From contig NIVC01001063.1 of assembly GCA_002269645.1 (NCBI GenBank), positions 124,001 to 188,000 on the forward strand: DNA of 64,000 nucleotides, given 5' to 3'. Shown here in pieces: positions 54,925-64,000 of the stretch (position 1 is its first letter; the number at the start of each line of letters is the position of its first letter). The translations under genes and the position numbers were made by a program. The stretch is from Macrostomum lignano. Its lineage: Eukaryota. Below the pieces are notes generated by a model that was not told the DNA's origin, did no database searches, and saw only the letters and a program-made list of their open reading frames with translations.

Positions 54925-56247
54925 AGAGCAGAGCAGAGCAGAGCAGAGCAGAGCAGAGCAGAGCAGAGAGAAACGAGAAGAGATAAGAGAGAAAAGATAA
55001 AAGAAGAGAAAGGAGAGATGAAAACGCAGACGAGAGAGAAGAGAGGTGAGGGAAGAGACGAGCGACGAGGGGAGAGAGAAGAGATGAGAGAAAAGAGAGA
55101 GGAAAGAGAAGAGAGATGAGGGAAGATACGAGATAAGAGGGGAGAGAGGAGAGAGGAGAGAAGAGATAAAACAAGAAAAGAGATGAGAGAAAAGAGAGAG
55201 GAAAGAGAAGAGAGATGAGGGAAGATACGAGATAAGAGGGGAGAGAGGAGAGAGGAGAGACGAGGGACGAGAGAGAAGAGAGGAAACAGAAGAGACGATA
55301 TAAATTTTAAAGGATCCAAGGGACGTAGGGAGAGTCAGGGAGAGGCCAGAGTTTGCCAATACATGTTTTAGAGTCAGACAGACATTGCCTGACATTCTTC
55401 GGAGTACCCCAGCCAACAATATCAATGTTTGCCTCAAACCCTAATTTTACACGAATGTGCTCCATTTTATGTCTACCTCTATCCTACTAACTATTAACAA
55501 TTTTTGTTTGTGTATGGCCTTAGATTTCAGAATACATGCAAAAGTAGTTCCGGGGATTGGAATTCCCCGGGTTCAAAATCCGCGGGTTTCAACAGCTTGT
55601 TCCTTCATATAAATATACTAGGCAACATATCACATGGAAGATCATGTGATTTTTTTGGTAGCAATAATAGAACTATAGCATTCTTTTTTGCCAAAATTGT
55701 GACCTAGTTTGCCTAGAATGTTCATTTGAATTTATTTTGTGGATAAACATGTACACAGATTCATATTAGCCACTAAAATAAAAGAGATGTCAATTCAATT
55801 AGTTGTCATGCAGAAAAAGATGCTTACTAGCTCTAAATACCTTTGGATATACACTTAAATATAGTTCACCCACTGAATGCATTTCTTCTTGCTTGAGCCA
55901 AGTTTTTGCCCATGACTTCACATTGTATGGCATGGCAATGACTCGAACTTGCTATTTTGCTGCTGACTTCAGTGTTGATGCTGCACGCTCAGCTGGATTG
56001 ATAAAAGCGAATATGGTGGCAGAAAGTGACAGCTATGGTCATTCTTGTTCCTTATATGTCTGTCTAGTCTATCCCTAGTTTCTACAGGCAAACTAGATAG
56101 CAAAGGGTATAATAGAATTTCCAACTCTTAACAGACGTACTCAGATAGAGATGCAGTAGGTAATTGGTTTATTTGCTTCAACTGGCAACTCTTTTACAGA
56201 TCCTTTGCTAATTAGATTTTAGCAATCGGATTGAATTGCTTGAAGCA

Positions 56248-58534
56248 ATGGGCAGCTCAGATGGGCGGGTGATTGTCATCACTGGTGCCAACCGGGGCAT
56301 CGGGTTCTGTCTTGCCCGCAAGCTGATCGCTGATGCAGCCAGCGAATTTGCCTCCTCAGCCCTGGAGAAGCCGCCACAGCTGACTCTGTGTCTGTGCTGC
56401 AGAAATTTGCAAGCAGCTCGAGCTGCCGCGGAGTCGCTGCGCAGTTTGGCTGCGGCTGCTTTTAATTCTGCTTCTAGTGGTAGAAATTTAACATCGGATT
56501 CTTCTTGGTGTCGCATTGACCTGTGCAAACTGGACACCAGCGATTTCGATTCTGTTCGCGATTGCACGCAGTGGCTACTGAATCGGTTGGCTATCTTTGC
56601 ACTTTGTACTTTTGGTGCTTAAGTTATGGATTGTAGATTGTGCTGTACTTTGGTTTTCCCTATCTGTGTTTTTAGTTAGTGTGCTGCGTTTGTGCTCTGC
56701 AGTTCTAGTGTAACTTTGTTGCACTTTCTGTGTTTTGAGTGTACTTTAGGTATGACTTTGTACTTTCTCTGTGTTTTGAGTGTACTTTAAGTATGACTGT
56801 ACTTTCTCTGTGTTTTGAGTGAACATTAAGTATGACTGTACTTTCTCTGTTTTGAGTGTACTTTATGGCTTCGTTGCACTTGCACTATGTGCTTTAATTG
56901 CACTTTAAGTATCCCTTTGTTTGTACGTTCTGTGTGTTTTGAGTGTACTTTAAGTATTCCTTTGTACTTTCTGTGTGTTTTAGTGTACTTTAAATACCGG
57001 TATGGCTTTGTTTGCACTTTCTCTGTGTTTTGAGTGCACTTTAAGTATGACTGTACTTTCTGTGTGTTTTGAGTGCACTGGCTTTTTTGTACTGTCTGTA
57101 TTATCAAAGGTACATGTAATTAGCTACTCAGTAATTCTACTGCCGTTAGTATTATAATCGGAGGTAGGGTCCAAGTACTCAAATTCCAGTAAAACCAGGC
57201 CGCAAGAATCTGCCGAACCCGCAGGTACAACCGAATAGATATGCTCTACCTGAATGCCGGCATTCTGCTGGTCAGTCGGGTCGATTGGTTCTATTTGATC
57301 CGCAATTTTATAAGCCGGGAGGCCTGGTCCATGCTCACCACAGGCCTGGGCGTTCTCGTGCAGGCCGACTTTGACTGCCAGGACGGCAGGCGGGGCGTCT
57401 TTAAGACTAACGTTGGCGGCCACTTCCTGCTCACCATGGGGCTGCTGCACCCGCCTGGTGGCGCGCCGTCGCCTCTTGGTCGGCATTCCGCGACGGGTCA
57501 GGTGAGAACAGGGGCCGGAGCTAGGGAACTTGCTGGGAATTGTCTCTGTACCTGTGTTCGAGAATCCCGTTTGAACCATCTGAATCAAAATAAAAAAGGC
57601 CTCGAATCTCCCCAGAATCGCCAATTAAGCTCGCCTTAAATCTCCCCAAAAATCGCCCTAAATTTCCCCAAGAATCGCCCTAAATCTACCCAAGAATCGC
57701 CCTAAATCTCCCCAAGAATCGCCCTAAATCTCCCCAAGAATCGCCCTAAATCTACCCAAGAATCGCCCATCAAGATCGCCCTTAATCTCCCCAAGAATCG
57801 CCCATTAAGATCGCCCTGAATCTCTCCAAAAATAGCCCATCAAGATCGCCCCTAAATTTCCTCAAGAATCGCCCTAAATTTCCCCAAGAATCGCCCCTTA
57901 ACATCGCCCCTGAATCTCCTTAGAATCGCCCATCAAGATCGCTCTGAATCTCCCCAAGAATCGCCCATTAAGATCGCCCTGAATCTTCCTAAGAATCGCA
58001 CTGAATCGCCCCAATAATCGCCCTGACAACGCGCCGCAGGCCAGTCGAGTTGTGTGGACTTCATCCTGCAACGCGTCGCGCCGTCACTTCAAGCTGTCCG
58101 ACCCCGAGTGCCGCCACTCCATGGCGCCCTACGCCGCTGGCAAGCACGCCATCGACCTGCTGTGCCTGCACCTCAACCAGCGCTACCAGCCTGCCGGTGT
58201 GCAGTTCTGCCCGGTGGACCCGGGCCTGGTGGTCACCAACCTGGCTGAAGGCATCGTGCCGCTGTGGTTCTGGTACCTGGCCTGGCCGCTGCTGTGCCTG
58301 CTTCGCCTGCTGGTGACGAGCTACAACCTGACCGCGGAGAACGGGGTGCACGCGCTGGCGCAGGTGGCACATCCTGGCGAGCGCCTGCGGCCAGACTGCA
58401 AGTACTTCAGCCGGACCGGCCTGCTGGGACGGCCCTACATGGGCGTCGAGCCGATATCTGGCAGCCAGGATGAGTCCAAGATGCTCTACCAAAGCTTGCT
58501 GGATTATGCAGAGCTGCGGGACCGGGTGTCTTAG
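56248..58534 (+). CDS. HSD17B7: 3-ketosteroid reductase / 17-beta-HSD7 (SDR), 369 aa; exons 56248-56585, 57225-57501, 58040-58534
   Basis: TGANRGIG Rossmann motif, LCLCCRN, RIDMLYLNAGI, VFKTNVGGHF, VWTSS, YAAGK (YxxxK); GT..AG introns with matching phases. Confidence 0.88.
56680..57090 (+). repeat. Intronic approx. 33-bp tandem repeat (HSD17B7 intron 1)
   Basis: Recurrent ttttgagtgtactttaagtatgactgtactttctctg. Confidence 0.85.
57610..58025 (+). repeat. Intronic approx. 20-bp tandem repeat (HSD17B7 intron 2)
   Basis: Recurrent aagaatcgccctaaatctcccc. Confidence 0.85.
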
Positions 58535-59846
58535 AGATCTAGAATCCTATTTTTAACTCTAGATAGTGACGCTATTGGGCTTTTAGTATTATCAGAAGTG
58601 CCCTTCTATGCTTGTCCCTGTCAAATTCTTACTGAACATCTATATTCCCCCGCCTAGCTGTCTTGTCTTAATCCCGTCCATTCCTCTCCAGATCCCCTGT
58701 GTCATAATCCCCCCAGATCCTCTGTGTCCTGATTCCCCCCACATCCCCTGTGTTTCAATCCCCCCCAGATCCCCTGTATTAATTCCTCACAGATCTACTG
58801 TCCCATTTCCCCCCTGATCCACGGTGTCTTAATTCCTTTCAGATCCACTGTCTTAATTCCCCCAGATCCCCTGTGTCTTAATTCCCCCCAGATCCTCTGT
58901 TTCTTAATTCCCCTTGGATCCACTGTCTTAATTTCCTTCTAGATCGCCTGTATATTGATTCCCCTAGATCTCCAGCATAAATCCTCTCCATATCCATTGT
59001 GTTAATACCCTACAGCTCCCGTGTCTTAGTTCTCCTCTAGCCCCTATCTCAAGTGCCCCCGAAGTCACCATCTTAACTCTTCCATTTTTATTATATAATG
59101 TTGTAGTTTGTTCCATCTGAGTGTGCCAGAACGTTTGGTATATTTTTGATTTCCTGCTTAGTTTAACCTGTCCAGATATTATCGTTTCCAAGCGCTTTGA
59201 TTTGCCTTCAGTTTTGTGCTTTATTAGCTTTTAATCTAGCCAGCAGTCATATTGATTTGTGATTTGCCAAATTTAATAGTTAGCTATAATTTCAATGGAT
59301 GCTTGTAAGCTAGTGCAAGTAGTATAATAAAGATGATATGATTGGAATAAATAGTAATTCCCAGAAAACTGGTTTATTAACGATTGTTTATACTCGTATT
59401 GTAAAAATCATTTTCAACAAGTGTGTCAGGGGTCGGATAAATACCCTAATTTTTCTAGATGTCACCAATTGGACCCAATCTAGCTCAGCCAATGAGAGAG
59501 CAGTTAGGAGTAAGACCAAAGTCACGTACGAAGCTCAGTCTAGGGGACAGGCCCGATCTGGCTCAGCCAATAAGAGAGCAGTAAGGAGAGTGGCCAAATT
59601 CAGACGTACAAAGCTCAGTCTAGGGAGCAGGACCAATCCGGCTCAGCCAATGAGAGAGCAGTAAGGAGAGAGGCCAAAGTCAGACGTACAAAGCTCAGTC
59701 TAGGGAGCAGGACCAATCCGGCTCAGCCAATGAGAGAGCAGTAAGGAGAGAGACCAAAGTCAGACGTACAAAGCTCAGTCTAGGGAGCAGGCCCAATCCG
59801 GCTCAGCCAATGAGAGAGCAGTAAGGAGAGAGGCCAAAGTCAGACG

Positions 59847-60105
59847 AATAAAATGAATGAGAACAAACATTAACTTGTTTTTATTTACTTTAATTTAATT
59901 GCCAATGCATTTCGACCCTTGTAGGTCATCGTCAGGTAGGTCAACAGTTGAATCAACTGTTTGTTAATATTTTCAATTTCATTACTGCCCTGACGATGAC
60001 CTACAAGGGTCGAAATGCATTGGCGATTAAATTGAAGTAATTATAAACAAGCTAATGTTTGTTCTCTCATTCATTTTATTCCTATTTATTAAGTGAGCTA
60101 CTCTA
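59847..60105. mobile_element. Fold-back insertion with approx. 90-bp inverted arms, each carrying a hammerhead core (Penelope-like origin inferred)
   Basis: 59846-59936 versus 59989-60081 inverted; ccaaagtcagacg repeated on both sides (59834-59846, 60106-60118). Confidence 0.7.
59972..60036 (+). ncRNA. Minimal type I hammerhead ribozyme motif
   Basis: gcc-CTGACGA-t-gacc(tacaag)ggtc-GAAA-tgca-tt-ggc: intact core, 4-bp stem II, palindromic stem III, stem I extended by ttcaattt/aaattgaa; predicted cleavage after 60021. Confidence 0.75.
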
Positions 60106-60677
60106 CCAAAGTCAGACGGACAAACTCAGTCTTGGGGGTCAGGCCCAATCCGGCTCAGCCAATGAGAGAGCAGTTAGAAGAGAGGCCAAAGTCTGTCGGA
60201 CGAAACTCAGCCTAGAGGTCGGGCCCAATCTAGCTCAGCCGAGCAGTAAGGAAAGAGATCAAAGTTAGACACAAGCAAGCAAGAGGAAAACTAAACTGTT
60301 TATCGGCCTGGTTGGGGGCTAGGGCACCCCTTTTCTCTCTTGCTTGCTGTGCACACGCACTTGGTTTTTTTTTAAATTTTCCGGCACTGCTAATTTAATG
60401 AGTCTGCTTTTAGAAAGCCAGAAGCGATTATTGCACCTGCAAAAAGTTTTAAAATTTGTGAAATTAAATTTCTTAAAATTTACCATTAGAAAAGCAGAAA
60501 ACGCTAGATTTTCTACTAAAAAACAGTAGATGAAGCGCATTTTTGCTAGTAGCATTCAGTTATTCCAGATCTTTGAGTGCTAAGCACGCGCAATAAAGTA
60601 CAATATATGTACTTCGCGAATTCTAGTTTTTTTCTTTATATTATCTTGCAGCCAAAAAGAATTGTTGCCAATCTGAA

Positions 60678-62643
60678 ATGAAGCGCTGCACAGCAGACAT
60701 ACTGAAGGCCCTGCGCCAGCTCATGTCCCGGCACCAGCTCAACGCTTATCTGGTGCCCTCTGAGGACGCGCACATGTCCGAGTACGTGGCCGACTGCGAC
60801 AAGAGGCGGGCTCAGCTGACCGGCTTCACTGGCAGCGCCGGCACCGCCCTTGTCACCGAGGTGAGATATCCATCAGTTTTGGCAATGGTCTGCTGCTGTT
60901 GTTTTTTTCGATACATATCGTCTCGTGAGAGTCCAGATACTTGAGAATTAAAAGTAAATGTCCGGCCAGGAGTATGAAGGGCAGAAATCAGAATGAAGGT
61001 TCGGAAGCAGAGGAGAATGAAGGGGCGGAAGCAGAGGAGAATGAAGGGGCGGAAGCAGAGGAGAATGAAGGGGCGGAAGCAGAGGAGAATGAAGGGGCGG
61101 AATTACCGTTGAGGGGAGAATGAAGGGGCGGAAGCAGAGGAGAATGAAGGGGCGGAAGCAGAGGAGAATGAAGGGGCGGAATTACCGTTGAGGGGAGAAT
61201 GAAGGGGCGGAAGCAGAGGAGAATGAAGGGGCGGAATTACCGTTGAGGGGAGAATGAAGGGGCGGAAGCAGAGGAGAATGAAGGGGCGGAATTACCGTTG
61301 AGGGGAGAATGAAGGGGCGGAATTACCGAGGAGAATGAAGGGGCGGAATTACCAAGGAGAATGAAGGGGCGGAATTACGGGGGAGAGTGAAGGGGCGGAA
61401 ACCGAGGAGAGTGAAGGGGCGGAAACCGAAGAGAGTGAAGGGGCGGAAACCGAAGAGAGTGAAGGGGCAGAAACCGAGGAGAGTGAAGGGGCGGAAACCG
61501 AAGAGAGTGAAGGGGCGGAAACCGAAGAGAGTGAAGGGGCCGAAACCGAAGAGAGTGAAGGGGCGGAAACCGAAGAGAGTGAAGGGGCGAAAACCGAAGA
61601 GAATAAAGGGGCGGAAGCCGGAACTCTATCCCCCACTTCGCAGTCCGAGGCGCTGATGTGGACAGACGGGCGCTATTTCCTTCAAGCCGAGCAGCAGATG
61701 GACTCCAACTGGACGCTGATGCGCGCCCTCGCCAAGGACGTGCCGACCCTCACGGAGTACCTGGCCAACCGGGGGTTCGCCCGGGTTGGCTTCGACCCGA
61801 CAACGCTGCCCTTCGGCCGGTTCATTGAGATGCGGGACAGCCTGGCCGCGGGCGGCACCGAGCTGGTCGGCCTGCCAGACAATCTGGTGGACGCCGTGTG
61901 GACCGGCCGGCCTGAGAGGCCGCTGGGCAGGCGGCTGTTCCTGCTCACTGCCGAGGAGGCCGGGGCCGGACCGGCTGAGAAGCTCGCGCTGGTGAGTTCG
62001 GCTGAGTCCGCCTGCTGGAAGCGATTTCTTGCTGTGTTCTGCTGTCTCTTGGCTTTTGCTTTCTCTTTTCTCCTCTCAGCTCCTTTGCCTTCATCTTCCC
62101 CCACATCTTCTCTCCCACCTCCTCTGCTCCTCTCCCACCTCCTCTCCTGCACTCCCACCTTCTCCCCTCCCACCTCCTCTCCTGCACTCCCACCTCCTCT
62201 CCTGCACTCCCACCTCCTCTCCTTCACTCTCACCTCCTCTCCTCCCACCTCCCCTCCTGCAGCTCCGCCAGGAGATGCAGAAGTGCAAGGCCGGCCTGCT
62301 GATCCTGTCCGCCCTAGACGACGTAGCCTGGCTGTTCAACTACCGCGCAGTCGGCGTCATCCCGATGTCGCCCGTGCTGTTCGCCTACGCCGCGGTCACG
62401 CCCGACTCGGCGCACCTGTTCGCCGACTTGCACGAGTCGGCCCTGGCCGAATTCAAGCAGCACGTGGCCGAGACCGGCGTCCAGCTGCACGCCTACGCCA
62501 AGTTCCAGTCCGAGTTGGAGAAGCTCGTTGCCGGCAGCAACGGCAGGGTCTGGCTGGACCATCGGGCCAGCGCTGCCGTGGGACTGCCGGTGCCGAAGGC
62601 GCGAGTGTACACGGCCAACTCGCCTGCGTCTGTGCTGAAAGCG
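60678..62643 (+). CDS. XPNPEP1: Xaa-Pro aminopeptidase 1, first three exons (60678-60860, 61644-61991, 62263-62643); gene continues beyond the window
   Basis: AYLVPSEDAHMSEY, TGFTGSAGTALVT, WTDGRYFLQAEQQMD, LDDVAWLFNYR; all phase-0 GT..AG junctions. Confidence 0.93.
60990..61620 (+). repeat. Intronic 24/27-bp tandem repeat (gaatgaaggggcggaagcagagga)
   Basis: Direct reading, XPNPEP1 intron 1. Confidence 0.95.
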
Positions 62644-62699
62644 GTACGCCATTGATAGGTCTGGATCAGCTCTTCTAGGAGAGCTCAGTTGGGGAAAGG

Positions 62700-64000
62700 G
62701 TCGAGAGGACAAGTGAGTCAAAGTAAGGGCAGATTGGCCGTGAGAAGACAGGTGAATAAAGTGAGGACAGGAGCCCAAGGAGAGGACAGGTGGATCAATG
62801 AGAGGACTCGGGGGTCAAGGAGCTAAAGAGGGCAGGTGGATCAATGAGAAGACAGGTGGTTTAGTGAGAGGACAGGTACATGTAGATCAATGAGAGGACA
62901 GGTAGATCAATGAGAGGACAGGTAGATCAATGAGAGGACAGGTAGATCAATGAGAGGACAGGTAGATCAATGAGAGGACAGGTAGATCAATGAGAGGACA
63001 GGTAGATCAATGAGAGGACAGGTAGATCAATGAGAGGTTGATCCACATTGATCCACCTGTCCTTTTAAGGTGGTTTAGTGAGGGGACAGGTGGATCAATG
63101 AGGGGACTCATTGATCCATCCGTCACTTCTCATTGATCCATCCGTCACAGTTGGATCAATGAGAAGACAGGTGGATCAATGAGAGGACAGGTAAATCAAT
63201 GAGAGGACAGGTGGGTCAATGAGAAGACAGGTGGGTCAATGAGAGGACAAGTAGATTAATGAGAGGACAGGTGGGTCAATGAGAAGACAGGTGGGTCAAT
63301 GAGAAGACAGGTGGGTCAATAAGAGGACAGGTGGATCAATGAGAGGACAGGTGGGTCAATGAGAGGACAAGTAGATTAATGAGAGGACAGGTGGATCAAT
63401 GAGAGGACAGGTGGGTCAATGAGAGGACAGGTGGGTCAATGAGAGGACAAGTGGATTAATGAGAAGACAGGTGGGTCAATGAGAGGACAAGTAGATTAAT
63501 GAGAGGACAGATGGATCAATGAGAGGACAGGTGGGTCAATGAGAGGACAGGTGGGTCAATGAGAAGACAGGTGGGTCAATGAGAAGACAGGTGGGTCAAT
63601 GAGAAGACAGGTGGGTCAATGAGAGGACAAGTAGATTAATGAGAAGACAGGTGGATCAATGAGAGGACAGGTGGATCAATGAGAAGACAAGTGAGTCAAA
63701 TTGAAGGCAGATTGGGCCGTGAGAAGACAGGTGAATTCTTGAGAGGACAGGTGGATCAATGAGAGGACAGGTGGATCAATGAGAGGACAGGTGGATCAAT
63801 GAGAGGACAAGTGGATCAATGAAAAGACAGTTGGATCAATGAGAGGACAGGTGGATCAATGAGAGGACAGGTGGATCAATGAGAGGACAAGTGGATCAAT
63901 GAAAAGACAGTTGGATCAATGAAAAGACAGTTGGATCAATGAGAGGACAGGTGGATCAATGAGAAGACAGGTGGATCAATGAGAGGACAGGTAAATCAAT
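62700..64000 (+). repeat. Intronic 20-bp tandem repeat (caggtggatcaatgagagga)
   Basis: Direct reading, XPNPEP1 intron 3, runs to the window end. Confidence 0.95.

Larger units (their letters stand above)
59470..60250 (+). repeat. 80-bp tandem repeat with CCAAT motifs, interrupted at 59847-60105
   Basis: ccggctcagccaatgag recurs at 59638, 59718, 59798; resumes after 60106. Confidence 0.9.

Overview
Repeat-rich animal (invertebrate-like) nuclear DNA with GC-rich exons, GT-AG introns and dense nested transposons; the species cannot be fixed from sequence alone. Three host-type genes: an intronless GT69/CAP59-like glycosyltransferase (11.7-12.9 kb), a 3-exon HSD17B7 (56.2-58.5 kb) and the first 3 exons of XPNPEP1 (60.7-62.6 kb). 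The rest is mobile DNA. It includes a decayed Polinton/Maverick segment (pPolB, GxGL-motif proteins, a spliced RING gene), chimeric Gypsy pol fragments with nested LTR-like sequence, a 2.6 kb (CTAA)n array, a Crypton tyrosine-recombinase element with palindromic ends, an RTE fragment, and an EnSpm/CMC element with an intact 5-exon ORF2 carrying nested hAT, mariner and Helitron-like inserts. There is also a tRNA-derived SINE and a 19 kb head-to-tail array of six non-autonomous Helitron units, into which a composite hAT element jumped twice. Best leads: the Helitron array with a CTTG terminus, the lox-like Crypton ends, the composite hAT with nested cargo, a fold-back insert with two inverted hammerhead ribozyme cores, and a 28S rDNA R2-target fragment inside a MITE. 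No CRISPR, no complete rRNA or tRNA gene. All family calls come from motifs read by eye; no searches were run.
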